Shown here piece by piece: positions 25,290 through 39,310 of a DNA stretch of 64,000 bases; the stretch's first letter is position 1, and each line of letters starts with the position of its first letter. The stretch comes from Marsupella aquatica. Taxonomy: Eukaryota > Plantae > Marchantiophyta. A program made the position numbers and the translations under genes. The stretch is taken from contig OZ316894.1 in assembly GCA_973895155.1 (NCBI GenBank), positions 4,984,944 to 5,048,943 on the forward strand. The letters are read 5' to 3'. Below the pieces are notes generated by a model. It searched no databases. It was not told where the DNA came from and worked only from the letters and a program-made list of their open reading frames with translations.

Positions 25290-25495
25290 GGGAATCGAGC
25301 TTTTCTACACTAATTCAATTATGGTAGGGCCAAGTATGTTCATGCTGAATTGGGGCACCCACCTTCATTCCACAATGGGCAAAAATCAATTACAAGTACA
25401 TGAATTTGTTCTATTTAAGTGGACACTAATTCATGAGTGTAGCGGAAAATTTTCTTCACCAGTATTAGTGTGAATAACAATAATTGCGGTGAATC
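25290..25495. mobile_element. Partial copy of the CACTG/aacactaatt element family
   Basis: acactaatt repeats and a terminal-like ttagtgtgaataacaataattgcggtgaa. Confidence 0.45.
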
Positions 25496-25778
25496 TGAAG
25501 CTTCGATTCAATAGTGATCACAAAAGGACATACTGCTTAGCCTGGCCCAAATTTTCCAGTCAAGTCCCACACTCAATTACTGTACAAGTAAGCTGCTGAT
25601 CGAAGCAGAACGTTAGAGACTTTAGATCACTGGAAGAAAGCATAAAAAATCATCGTCAATGATTTGCAGATTAATGACAGATTCCACATGGGCAGGTCGA
25701 CCCATACAAACAATTATGCAAAAGGAGGATGTGCATTTGAAACAGGGGCACACTCTGACTACATGCACGAAAAGTAGG

Positions 25779-25940
25779 AACAAATGAATGCTGCTGCATA
25801 GAGCTACTAGTATATCTATGGATCTATGAGCTTGCAATGGATGGACGTCCACCCACGTTAGCCAAAATTGAACAAATGAATGTTGCTGCACAGTGCTACT
25901 AATATATCTATGGATCTATGGACGCCCACGTTTGCCAAAA
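25779..25940. repeat. Local duplication of ~50 bp
   Basis: aacaaatgaatg.tgctgca.ag.gctacta.tatatctatggatctatg occurs twice (~25779 and ~25871). Confidence 0.8.
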
Positions 25941-26949
25941 TTCCCAGATAGACTTTAGTTTGCAGCCAGGATGCACAGTAGCAAACCCTCTTTTCTGCTT
26001 AATTGTTTTATATTTATAAAGTACATATTACACGGATGAGGGAAATGTGGCAAGAAAACGAGACAGTCATCTTTGGAATTTGTAGGGCTCAATTGTCGAT
26101 GAAATTTGATGATATTAGACTCATTAAAACGATCTGTTCAAACTGTTTCTAACTAACCCCAAAACTCAAATTCCATTGGATGTTGAGGGAGATACTGAAA
26201 TTTGAAGTGATTATAGATGGTCCATATTAGAGTTTAGCGGTGTACTTGATCTGGTCGACATCTACAATTCATATGTATATTACTAGCCAGGACGGCTCCC
26301 GGGACCCCAGTTACAAACCAAGCTATTGAGTTTCGACATTCATCCATGCTCCATCTTCTGCTTCGCTGTTCCCGGGTCACATCCCCTTCTGCCCCGACAT
26401 TTCTTGGACCGGCTTGTATATTTGTTATTACCGTTAGATTTAGGGCTAATTCGTTTTACGGTCAGATTAATCCCATGCTTATGGCTGTGCCGTTTATTCC
26501 TTCGTCACCTGATTCTTAAGGGCTCTCCCTTCTGTTCATCATTCATTCGCTAAGTAAAGCTTATCAAATTTCACAAGCCTCTCCAACTCCGGTACTCACA
26601 AGCCTAGTTCATTGTACTTTGTACTAGATTTGCAATGAACTGGTTCAATGAACATACCTAGTCTGCGTCTGAGTCGAGTGCAGTAACTAAAAATGTCTAT
26701 TCCATGGGCAAGAAATGTGATGGTCATTGTCTTCAGCCAACCTCGGTGATTATTTGCATTGTTGTTTGTTGTTTGACATATTAATGGCCAGACTCATTGT
26801 TACACTCAATCCAGGGCAGTACAAAAGTCATGGCCGCGCCCCAGAGTTCCTGAAGACAAGGCAGGTGTATGAGATTGCTACAGCAGCTGTGAACGTCTCT
26901 TAGGACTATCACTATTGAGAAAGCAAGTAGGCAGCCCACTGACTTCTTA

Positions 26950-28050
26950 CAGTAATTCGGTTATTTTCTAACTACTGTGCTGCAGCTTTTGGTGTCTTCA
27001 CTCCTGTTGTTTTCCTTTCGCTTTGTCCTGATAACTCTCTCAACCAGCCACGCAAGTGGCCAGAGGTATCAGGCAGGGGAAAGGTCTTGCTCAGTTTGGA
27101 CAGGGATGTAGGAGAACCACGGATGGCAAGGCCTATGTTGTCAATATCAAGCCATGTGGTCAATTCCACCGAGGTGGTTATGCAGGACTAACTGTGGGAC
27201 TTTGAAATGTAGTCAAATTTTTTCCAGAACAATAGCTATTATCTTTCAAGCCCATGGTGCTTTGATGATGCCCAGTTCATTGTATTTTGCAACAAAATGA
27301 GGTTTCACATTTTGAGAAGGATATCCCATGCCCGTACCAATCACCGACGTCCTTTTCATAATATGAACTTGGTGGAGTTGCGCACAGAATCCACAATCGA
27401 CTTGGAATGCTCCTTACGAGAAACAGTTGGAAGATTTTCATTTTCCTTTGAAAGGGACGTAGGTGTGCAGTGTGCTACACCACCGTCCCTTTCAAAGAAA
27501 AAATACAAACTATTTCTTCTGCTCACGAGAACAGATTTCTTGGTTGAGAGTTAAATGGCGTACAAGCACAGGTAGGAAACTACCATATTTGAGGTAAGAT
27601 CTACCATTGAAATCGTTCTTCAGACCTGGAATTCTGAGTGGATTTGGTTGGACAAGGGTCTCAAGCAACATTACACTTGACTACATTTCAAAGTCATCAA
27701 TCCCATTAAAGCTCGTAAAATGAAATGTAAAGCACTTTTTGTCAGTTTATTAAGGGCCGTCCTCATATAATATTTGCCACCTCCATGCAGTAGAAGGACA
27801 ATTAAATATAAGGCAGCCACACCAAGGATCATCCAGAGGTCTTTTTTGAGGTCTGCCATTACAACAGGACAAGCAAAGTCCAATAATCCCAGTCCCTCAT
27901 TTCTGCCATGGGAACTCTCTAGAGCTCACATCGCTATTGTACGTATAGGCTATTCCCTCTCCTGGAGTAGAGTAGTCATCATAATGTCTGGCATACAATT
28001 TGTAAAATTCATGCAGACAGAAGTGTTTTCAAAGCCCAGACAGATCAGCT
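26950..28050 (-). mobile_element. Highly decayed L1-like LINE ORF2 fragment
   Basis: Minus-strand translation near 27870-27940 gives IAM*ALESSHGRNEGLGLLDF, resembling the plant L1 'W..L..PK..GGLGL.D' motif after the RT domain. Many stops. Confidence 0.4.
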
Positions 28051-28889
28051 AATAACACACTCGTGATGCGACGGTGGATGTCATCTGATATCTAATCAAA
28101 GCGTACCGCTATTGAATTTCCGATGAGTACAAGCAGCGACATCCTATCACCACACACGGTCCTTAGTAACTTTTGATCACTAAACAGGGCATTTTATGCC
28201 ATGTGCGTCGAATGAAAGGGACTAAAAATTGCAACAGACCATTCTACTTAAGGCAACTTAGATCTATTTCGACAATGTGACCTATTGAGTGCGGCAGTTT
28301 CTAGCTCTTGAGACTGGGTTTCCCTTTCAACTTTACTTCTGGCCCTGCAACCACCAAGGTTTCATTAGTTCTCCGCTACACTCGAAGAAGAATGCAACAC
28401 CCAAACTTGCTCAAGAGATCATGATCTTAGGTAGCTGATTCTCCCTTGTATCATCGAGAAAAATTATGTTCGAATCTCCAAATATTAACGCCACAAATCC
28501 GGTTGGCTATACAGGTCTCTCTGACAGCAATGTGCTAGTAAACATGGATGAATTCAAGGAGGAAAACTCGATCACTTTTAAGTCAGACTATTCCTTTACC
28601 TGTCTATATTCAATAACTCAATGTCAAAGCGCAGGCGAAGGCTACTTAAGATGGTCCCAGGAAGGTTACGATATAGCCTTTTATTACAAAATTGAATAGA
28701 AGAGTATGGCTGAACTGCTACATTGTCGCCATTACTTGGTTGAAATTACAGGGAGGTTTAGCGAATACGTGTTAAGAGATTCAATAGTGCGGGTCAACAA
28801 ACTAACCCGAGGCATGAGGTGGGTATCTGCATAACCAACTAACTCAATCAACAGGGAGCCGAAGAGAGAAGTTGAAAACATGGACTCAC

Positions 28890-30005
28890 TCGAGATTAGT
28901 GCTTTCGGTCTATTTTTGAACAGCAGCTTGTGCCTGATGATGCCAACAACTTCCATCTCCACGTCTGATGACCCTTGTCCGTCAGATTCGGACCAGTCTA
29001 CTTCCATTGTGTCTTCAGCTACCTTTTTCTTCTTCATAATGACCAGAGGCTTCTTGAGAGCAACTTTCGAACCTTCCAGCTCATGATAGCCCACATTGAA
29101 CATAAACTTGTTCTGCCAATCGCAAAGGTGAAAGATTTTAACCCAACCCTTGAAAAGAGTACTTAAATTAGAAGGATCGGAGTTCCAAGCGCGCATGGTG
29201 CGGAGAACCAAAAAGCGACCAGCCACATGATCATGGCGTACTAAAATCTTCAAGTTACTCCCTAATGCGTCCAAGGAAGTGTGAAGCGGGATGCAGGAAC
29301 ACTCTTAACCCTCAATTTCCACCGAAGATGAGATAACTCACAATAGCAATAATCCGTTTTTAATGTACGTCGTTCAAGCTGTTTTAGAAGAGTAGACACA
29401 ATACTTAGATCACGAGATTTTGCTTTTCTTTCTGTATCCTTTGCGGGATAACTGTCAAAGCGAGGTACAGCCTTTGTACAGATTTAGAAGAACAGAAGGG
29501 ATCGAGTGAATGCTAGCCAACCTGGATGAGCAAGCAGAACGGGAGAGAAAAGTATTGACGGCAAACTTTAAACTACCTACCATAAGAGATTCACTATCAC
29601 GACCTCTTCCAGAACAAAGAGAACCCTGCCTGTGGATCCTTAGGGTTCAGGGTTTAGGGGTTCATCTCCGACAATGTAGGTGAATCAACGACTTCTTGAT
29701 TACATGTTCAAAGGAGTATCCTCTCAACCATTCCCTTCAGGATTGTAAAAGAACAAGCCATTAAACATTTTATGTCACGGCTCAGACATGAACCAAAAAA
29801 TAAAAAAAGGGACAGGAGAGATTTGGGAACCGAAGGAAGGGCAGAGAGTAATTACCCCAGGACGCATACACAGGCTACCAATTGTGAGCGTCTCCAGCTT
29901 TTGGTGCAGAGCTGACTGCTGTATGTCAATGGACCCTTGTAGTTCTATCATGGCCCATTCCTCCGGGCACACTCCACATGCGCACCTCACGGGTATAACC
30001 GGCAT
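28890..30005 (-). CDS. CTF8: Chromosome transmission fidelity protein 8 (Ctf18-RFC subunit). Exons 30005-29856 and 29112-28890; a short terminal exon below 28890 is not resolved
   Basis: MPVIPVRCACGVCPEEWAMIELQG...TIGSLC / FMFNVGYHELEGSKVALKKPLVIM...VVGIIRHKLLFKNRPKALIS are the conserved Ctf8 motifs. GT-AG junction is in phase; GTGAGT donor after 28890. Confidence 0.92.
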
Positions 30006-31422
30006 CTCCCCCACCCCTCTCTGTCAATCACTGCAAACGAGTCTGGTCTGTAGCGATAGTTGTGCTGTAAATCACATTCCACGCCTTTGAACTCATCTCT
30101 CTCCTCTCAAGCTTTGCCCATTGGATCCCCTTGACTTCCACGACTGTAATTTAAACCTTACTTCCTTCCTTCTGTCCAGTCACTGACATCCTCTTTTCGT
30201 CCATGAAGGAAGAACTCCACAAACGAAAGGAGGATGATGCAAAAACCCATCAAAGGAACGCCAGAGGAGGTAAGACATTTGAGTGGAGAAGGTGACAGAG
30301 CATTGAATCCAGTCTGATCGCTCTGATTGCGGAATTTAATTGAAGAGCACAGTCTCTGAAACAACATGTCGTCGGAATAGCTTGGAATAACACTGCATTT
30401 TCGGTGTATAAATTGTTCTTAAAATTGAGACTTGGAGAGGGGTGAATTATATGCTGGCTATTCCTGAATGAAAAATAATTTATGTTTTTCGCAGGTCCTT
30501 GCAGACAGGGATGGCACTCTGGTAATTGTGAGGCTGAAACGAGTTTCCAGTGATACCCAGTGATACCAAGGTTGGGGCCGAATTTTAGGGTCTTCTGCAA
30601 TGGGCCGCATCAAGTTGGTCCCAAGACTCTAACGTGAGATATGAATATCTCATGCTTCTACTTTATTCTTGCCACAATAAAATTGCATTAACCTTTTTGG
30701 TAAAGTTAATGAGCCTTTTGATGCAAGTTTTATGAAAATTTCCCACCCCTACTAGTTTGTAAGGGATAAGCACAATAGTTAGTCTCCTCCATTCTCAATG
30801 AGCCGGTGGCTTCAATGAGAAAGCCAATCATGACTCAACTTGCTCAGGACCTCTTTGATCTTCAGGCATGGCATGAACCCTTACTAAAATCAGCTAAGCA
30901 TATACCAATACTATAATTATTTGAGCATAGATCCATGCTAAACCTCTTTTTATGAGTAATAACTTTTAAGGGAAAATCTGTGAAACCACACAGTCAGTCA
31001 CAAGATGTGAACTCAAGACCCTTGTATCCTATAAATTTTTTCTTGTTCATTTCTTAAAAAACATGAACTATTGTTGCATGTGATTTAGTAGAGCCTTTTT
31101 GAGCCCTAAATCACCCCCTATGGTGAAGTAATGAGATGACACCAATATTCCCCAAAATATGACATGCTTTTTCACGTACATGATTGTCTGTGAAATGAAT
31201 ACTATGGGTTACCAGGAGTACTTCATATGCGAACTTGTGATTTAGGGACTTTTGAAAGTGGCCCTGTCCCTGACTGGCTAGTGTTCATCTACCTATGTGA
31301 ACAGTAGACCTAACCTGCAGGTTCTGTCTCTCCCTTCCCATCAGAAGAACCTCATACACTAAATATATTTTTGCTGATCTCTTAGCTAGACACTATGCAC
31401 TATTTTTAGATGCGGTTTTTTG

Positions 31423-31734
31423 TGGAATGTAGGTCTCACTGAGATTTATATTTTGAGCCATAGATTGAACCTTTAACGGGGAACCAATGAGATGACACTG
31501 ATACTCAACAATCCTCAAAATTGCAATATACTCTGTCATAACCTTGTACTATATGTGAAATGAGTCCTATGGGTCACTATGGAATGTAGGTCTCACTGAG
31601 ATTTATATTTTGAGCCATAGATTGAACCTTAAGTGTGAACCAATGAGATGACACTGATACTCAACAATCCTCAAAACTGCAATATACTCTGTCATAACCT
31701 TGTACTATATGTGAAATGAGAACTATGGGTCACT
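31423..31734. repeat. Near-perfect ~157 bp tandem duplication, with older degenerate copies at ~30910-31230
   Basis: tggaatgtaggtctcactgagatttatattttgagccatag...tatgggtcact starts at 31423 and again at 31580. Confidence 0.92.
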
Positions 31735-32798
31735 CAGACTACTTTACATGGGAACTTGTCTTTTTAACACATTTATTGCAATTCACACTCTAGTTTGGAC
31801 ACGTTAGCGAAAGAAACTAACCCTCCTGAAGGCATTTGGCCTGGTAGTAAGTGTTTCAAATTGACCCACACGTAGCTGTCCAAAGCAAAAGCGTTTCATG
31901 GGCAACTGCAGGATTTTCATTCTAGAGAAATCCCATCTTAAGCATACCCTAATAACTCCATCTTTCCTTCGCAAGAGTAAATTAATTTTCGCCTTATAGG
32001 TGTGGGGACATCACGCTTTTGGTTGTGATGCTCAACTGGGAACATCACCGCCAACCTCACTTTGACGCTGAAATTGTAATGTATCCTGCCGATTCCAAGG
32101 TGACAGTTTCAGCATACGAAGTGGGTAAATACCACTCGGGTCTATTTTTCGACACTTCATGACCGAAACAGACACACAAGTACTGAGAGACCCAATAGAG
32201 TTTTATTGATTAAATGTGTACAGCATATGTGCTATAGCTGACTGGTATTGGCGTACCAGACAAGCGAATTATTAATCGTGTGTGAACCTGCCAATCAGTA
32301 GAGATTACTTTGCATTCTTGCTTCTCGGAAGATACAACATTTGAAATCTAGATATCTAGGCTTAGAAGAGGAGCTGACAAGTTAATGAAAAAGTTGCTCT
32401 GATAGAGTCCATGAGGGGAGGGGGAAGGTGGCCAAAATTGATGGTCTGGACCAGACTCCTCAGCTGAAATTTGGGAATTTCACCAATTGAAAATAAATCA
32501 AGGTCAAAGCCCTGTGCTGAGCTTGGTCCTTCGCTGATAGTGCGGTGCTTTCAAACTCATCGCATGAAATGAATCTGCTCAAATAATAGAATTGATTTGA
32601 CTTATGCATCCTACGTAACCCCTTCAATTGGAAGGGAACGGCTCATATGATCAAGTGTCTTGTACATTGTAAGTTTTGCTATACTTATACGACTCTTTAA
32701 ACTGGGCCGAGGTTAACTGACTACTGTAATGTTTTCGCTGCTGCGATTAAAGCAGTAGGGCATAGAGTCGTCCATCCAATCTGCGCTAAGTATTCTGT

Positions 32799-35700
32799 TC
32801 ACATCTTGGACAAGTCGATACAAGATTTACTCAAAGCAATGGCTGTTTTAGACCCTGATTGTCGTCCCAAATGTTCTGAAATGAATTGCCCGGCAGCCAG
32901 AACCTGTTTGAGATCAACATTGCACTGTATCCCCAATCCATTCAGAAGGTATACAACATCTTCCGTGGCCACATTCCCAGATGCACCTTGGGCATATGGG
33001 CATCCACCCAACCCAGCAACCGATGAGTCCACCACACTGACTCCCATCTGCATAACCACAAGTATCAGCAAGTGCAACATGTACAATACCATATAATGCT
33101 GAAGGATACTTTAAAGGACTATCATCTGAGCCAATCCAAGTGTTGCCCTCCCAGTGAAACCGTAGTGGATGACAGATCAGTGGTGAATATCTAACACACG
33201 CAGAATTCTTTATATTCCTACCTGGAGTGCAGCGAGAATGTTAACGAGAGCTTGTCCATAGGTATCATGAAAATGAACAGCAAGTTGCTCCACAGGGACT
33301 TGTGCAATAACAGCTTCCAACATTGGCACCACCGTCCCTGCACAAGCCTCCAAATCAGTTTGTAGATAATAACCTTCTGACAAATGAAATAAATGATGGA
33401 GCCCGAAGAAAAACAAAATGCTCACTTACAACTACAATATCACTAAATTGCAGGGAAAATCTGTTTGCTGAGGACATATGACAGCTGTGTACCTCCCTCA
33501 TCTTACTTTCAACATTGAGTCCATGACATCATCTATCACCGGATGTGTTTCATACTGACAACACGAGGCTTTTAACATTGGAATCGAATATTGTGTCATG
33601 ACTGGCTGTCTATTATTTTCCGACGGTCGGACTTCCTTAATTTCTCTGCAAGAATCTCGTAGATTATGTCACACTGCAAATATCACTGAGGGTAACCTAC
33701 CAGGAGTTCCGACACCGATGGTGTCACCAAGAGAAATCTCATAACAACCCATCTCATGAAGAGCCTTTGCGACCCGGGCAACTTGTGCAGGAGGTACAGA
33801 TCCCTCAACTGGACACCCCACAGCACAAGAAACATACCTGTAAGGATCAAACGACCACCTGAATCAGAAATTGAATTTTGGCTGAACTTGGAAATCTCCT
33901 TCCCTCGTCAGCCTCCATGTTTCTCAAGTACTCATTTAAAAAGAACACGACGTTCGTGATATTTCAAGTTCTGCTGGCCAGGGTATTGCCTTTGTCAGGA
34001 ACTTTTCAGCCTCAAGGGTCAAAGCCTTGAGACGGAGCCATTGTTAGTCTACCAACTCAGTACCCGAAAACATTACCCACATTAGTGACCCATTCATCAA
34101 ATGCAGTTTGTGGCCAATGGAAGGGAAGTACCCTCGAACAGGAATATTGAGCCTCTGAGCTGCATTGCACACTAGTCGATAGCGCTGCAGACTCTCCTCG
34201 ATGGTGCAGTTGATGTTGTTTTTTGTAAATGATTCAGAAGCAGCTGCGAAAACAGCCACCTCCTTCGCTCCAGCAGCCACGGCTGCTTCAAAACCCTACA
34301 TGACATGAAACCAGCACGTGAAAAGGCTTCCCACAAGGAACCTAAAGGGACGCCTTGTTTCGCTCAGTGTGTCAGCAAACTCTTCCCCGTTCTAGTCTTG
34401 TAGCAGAACTCAAACCTACAAAGACGAAACAGGATTGTTCCAGCGCAATTTTTGAGAGACAATTACCTGTAGATTTGGAGTCAAAACTGGAAAGTTACCG
34501 CCCTTCAAAGTGCTAACAGCTGCCATCACATCTTTCGCATCAGCAAGCTGCACCAACAACCACAGTTTTCGAGAATTGTGACATCTTTCAATGTCGACAG
34601 TCCAATACCATTATGCGTAATATGCCATGATCAGGAGGTTCCCAGTGAATTCCTCTCAATTTCCCGATATAAGTTGAGTGTCACCTGGGACTATCCTATA
34701 TATCAGGACAATCTTATTGGCTTCCACTCTCGATCAAAGAGACCACTACATCTAGCAAGGACCAGCGGTCAATTAATCAACAAACGAAAAGAAGAAGTAT
34801 ACATCGAACAAAAGTGCTTGTAAATTATCCTTGGGAACATTCCAGTACAATTAACGATTTGACGACTTATCGACAAAGCCTTCTATCCTCACAGGTTTGA
34901 TGAACTACTAAACCTCTTCATGGTGCTCGCTCCTGATGTTTCCCAGTGATATGCAACCATAATCAAGTCACGTTCATTGAATCCCAGACTTCGTGCACAT
35001 CTCGGAAATAATTAATATTGCGCTCCTAACATAACATCGTTCAAGCTGGTCTTTTTGAAATTAATACCTGAGGCACCCACTTAGGGGAGACAAAGCTTGT
35101 TGCTTCCACTACCGGTAGACCAGCATCAACGAGTCTTTGAATAAGCTCCACTTTTATGTGAGTAGGGACAGATGTCTTCTCATTTTGGAGCCCATCCCTG
35201 GGTCCTACCTCAACTATCTTGACATACTGGGGCAGCGCATTCAACAGCTGCGCAAATTGCAAAGATAGAAAATCCAAAATTAGAATGTCAGAATCTCTTT
35301 CCTAAGGACAGCTAACACCGCTCAGCCAAATGAAAGCAGGAGGAACTTAGCTCCTCTTTCTGAATCTGGTACGGTCAATTACGATAAATATGAAAATGCG
35401 GAGCAGAAGGCCATGTACAGAATTAGCGATACTCCAAGTAAAACTTACCCTGGGTTTCACTCGTCGGATGCCCTTGACGCTACTTGACGATTCACAACGG
35501 CCTGGTGACGTCGACGAAAAGCCTCTGTAGGAATGGTGCCAGCGGTTCAATCCCCTTTCCTTTGGTGATCCTGCTCGTGGAGACTCCAATCCTTGCCTAC
35601 CTCCATACAACAATGCTCTGGGAGACTTTACCTCTCTGCAAAGGGGTTGCAATGAGGAAACTTCAAAATTCCGTCAGAATGAAAGATATGCCAAACAACA

Positions 35701-36187
35701 CCCTCGAAAAATGGAGTTCAAAATCACTTGGAATATCAACGGTATACCATTTGATATGATCTTCCCCAGAATGATCTCGACACGTACATCAAAACTCTGA
35801 GTCTGCCTGGATGTGGGCAATTGTCGTTGAATTCGAAATGACAATGCTAATGGAAATACAAGAACAACGAGAAGGGTCATTCCGAAAGCACTTGACAAAC
35901 CTAAGATCAAAACTGCTGCCAGAAGATCTCGCGAACTCGCTCTCATCAACAGAATCTGGCGTCCTCATCTCTCCCGTTTCCAGAAGCGTTGCGCAGAGCC
36001 CATTTCTTGCCAGCAGGAGTGCTCCAGGAACTGCCTCCGTTTGCCGTGGCATAAAATCCCATTCGGCAAGGCTAGCCATCCCTAAAATCGACAAAAACTT
36101 GGATGAGGAGACGGCATCACCAACACATTTGACGGATGATGACGACCGACAGACTACTGCTACTCCAGCCATTTTCCCCAACTGCAT
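32799..36187 (-). CDS. HMGCL: Hydroxymethylglutaryl-CoA lyase. Exons: 36187-35901, 35635-35449, 35247-35068, 34547-34467, 34295-34132, 33837-33701, 33337-33222, 33047-32799
   Basis: [93 protein letters not shown]. All junctions are GT-AG and phase-consistent; the N-terminal exons are less certain. Confidence 0.95.
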
Positions 36188-38861
36188 TTAGTGTTTCTGA
36201 GTAACCACGGAAACAAACCCCGCTTCTGCTTCCCCTGTCCCCTCTCTAAAGACACCCACTATGCCGATAGTGGTCAGATTTTTCTTTTCCTTCTCTCTCA
36301 AGCTCTCAGACCGCGCTCACCACCCTTTTCCTGAAATTTTCCACTTACACCAAGTTAGAGAAACTATCCAACGAAAGAACTGTCGTCGTTTCTCCCCCTG
36401 TCAACAGCCTGCCTGGAGTGTGACACTTCCTCCCGACCTTGCTAGTCACTGGACAAACACGAACACTTCAGATGTAGGACTTCTATCCGAACAGATCCAT
36501 CTGTACCATAGCAGGAGGATCCCATTTAGAGGGCTCCACCCGTGAACTTCTAGATGAATCGCAGCGATCGTCACAAAAAGAAGTTGTTAGGTTCCGTCAG
36601 CCTCTAGTCACCGGGCTCAATTGAAGTCTCTCCCTACTCAATCGAGCTCGCTCTCTATCAGGCTGGTGGGTCTCACAATCCAGATTTGCTGCAAGCAAAC
36701 CAATCCGGACAGACTGCTGACCAATCAAGGGTCCTGCCAAGTGGCATGCCCCAAGTGCATTGATGACACGTCAGACGAATTGCTGCTGACGAAAGCATCT
36801 CTGACGGCGAGTACTGTTGCTGATCAATTCCCCTCGGCTCACAGCAATCCCATTGAACGACTTAGAAAGCAGTCTACGAGAGGGCTTCACAGAGAAAAAC
36901 CCAAAAATTGCATCGCCAACCCTTCCTACCCTTTGAACAAAACGTGCATTATCGACAGTGGATACATCGCCCTAGCAACAAAGCGGAGTTTAGAGAGGTA
37001 TAAACCCCGAAAAGATCGAAAAGGTGGGTGACGCATTTGAAATCGGACACACTACAAGTATAGTAAGCCACTCGAAGTCAAGACGCAACCCTAAACTCAT
37101 AACTAGCTTACCACCATCTGGGACTACCGATATTGATTGATTGGCATTTGACGTGTCGGAGTGACCAACTGGAACAATCCTAAACGCTCAATACATAAGG
37201 GATGTAAAATCTATAAAAGGGCTGCAAGAGGAGACGTGAAAAAGTCTAAAACGGTTCCATGAGAGGACCCAACCATTTGCCAACAAGGACGCCACCATCG
37301 CCAGAAACTTCGAATCTGTATGTGGCTGACTGACCAATCGGTTGGTGAGAACGGCTCTGCTTAGGGTATTCTTAGGCAGTATGAAGTCAAGGTAAATTTC
37401 AACCAATGGAAAGTCTATTTTCACAATGTGCCCACTTCCGTATCAGCGCCAGGGTCCGATTAGACACATTCAGTTTCATGTCCATTTATAAGGTGGGGAA
37501 TGGTGGCAGGAACCTAACGCTCTTATTCTGCTGGATTCGATACAGCCGCACCGCTTCACAACCTGAATTGGCGGATTGAGGAGGCGGCTACACAGCAAGA
37601 GACTCTCAACTGACGTTAAATTGGAATTCATGAGCCTGTGTCAAGACCAATCCCTCCCACCTTCATTAAGCTCTCTCCATTTGAGGAATTTACTGTCACA
37701 AACCTATATCTTCTTTCCAAAGTATTTCAATACCATTGTGAGCTCCGACAAGCATACTAACCCACCAGCACGATGCACACATGAACCGATTTCCACATCT
37801 GTGTTCAGGACCGGTCCAACTAAACACGCAATGCCATGAACTTCACTATCTAATTTTGGCATGAACTGCAACTCACAAATTTTCACCCCCAATCCCAAAT
37901 TTCATCATACTCAATCAGTCACAGCTGGTAAGGCCTAAGGTAGTTGAGCATTAGCGAATTCTCGAAGTTCCGACGTTACACACCTCCAATTCGGAGTTGG
38001 AGCAACCCTCCTCTCAGCAGCTCTTTTTCAAGAACTGCCTGCACCGCCACTGCCCGTTCTCGTTCCCAGGGCCTGGGAATTCAACGGGTTGAGGTGGCAA
38101 ATCAGCAATCCAAATTCCCTCACCCCCTCCCAAATCGATGGATGGATGGAAAATCAAGTATGCTTGTATTGATCGTCAAGGCTGGTTAGTTGATTGGTTG
38201 GTTGAATGAGGAATTGATTTCAGAACAATGGAACCAATGCTTCCTCTCTCCTCCCGTCTCAGCTCACTGAGGCAGGGCAACAGAATGGCAACCAAGTTGA
38301 GATGTGGGTACACCATCAATTGGAAGGGAAAACAAAACCACAGAAGAGGGAAATTGACTAGGAATTTGCAGTGTGGTCGTCGCCCTGGCATGTGGGCAGG
38401 AACAGCAGCCTTGGAAGCGCAGTCAATGGCTCATGACCAGGCCATTTCCACCCCACACGTTTGGATGTCCACCACGCGCCTTTCACCAAACTTCTCCGCA
38501 TTATTATACAATTCATCAGCACAGTAGTGGCGTTCCTCAATCAGCGAGGCATGATCGAGAAAGGAGGACTTTCTCAACTCTAGTCTTGTGAGGTCAGCCG
38601 AGATTTAACTTTCTTCTTTCGAGGATTTCGGTCAGCGAGAGTAGAGGATTGGGGGGCGAATTTTCTTTTTTCGAGAGTTTGGTCAGCGATTCCATAGGAT
38701 GGCGAGAAAACGGGTTGCCCGGCCTAATATAGTGAAACGTGTGTAAGTGCAGGAAAGTGCAGGAAAGTGCATTCCATGAACCGTGTTTATGTGCAGGAAA
38801 GTGCACTCCCTGGATTAGTGCAGGCACCATGTTGTCCTATATATTACAAAGATTTTCTTTC

Positions 38862-39310
38862 TAAATGCAACAAAAAATGCAGTTTGCATAAGTGCAGGTC
38901 AACCCTCACTAAACGACTATTGGCACTAAACAATAAAGACATAATTAGTGTGCTTTTTATCTATAAGTGGATATTCTGCAACGAAAAAACTGGATTGCAT
39001 GTGTAGATCAACCCTCACTAAATGACAAAATACTGGCACTAAAGGACAAATACATATGTGCATTTCCATCTATAAGTGAATTTCCTTACTGCAACAAAGA
39101 TTGCAGTTTGCATAAGTGTAGTTCAACCATCACTAAACAACAAAATACTCACACTAGTTTGCATAAGTGTAAGTTCAACCTTCACTAAACAACAAAATAC
39201 TCACACTAAACGACAAATACATATGTGCATTTAGATCTATAAGTGTACACATTCATTCATCAGTTACTCTATTGCAAACATAAGAAGAATTTATTGATAA
39301 GTGCAGCAGA
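38862..39310. repeat. Degenerate tandem repeat, ~115 bp unit, 4-5 copies
   Basis: tgcaacaaa..tgcagtttgcataagtg.ag.tcaacc.tcactaaac..caaaatact..cactaaa..acaaatacatatgtgcatt recurs. Confidence 0.8.

Noticed and set aside
29640-29663. TTAGGG/TTTAGGG-like motifs (also ~20260 and ~19070) as interstitial telomere
   Set aside because: Only 2-3 imperfect units; common telo-box-like or low-complexity sequence.
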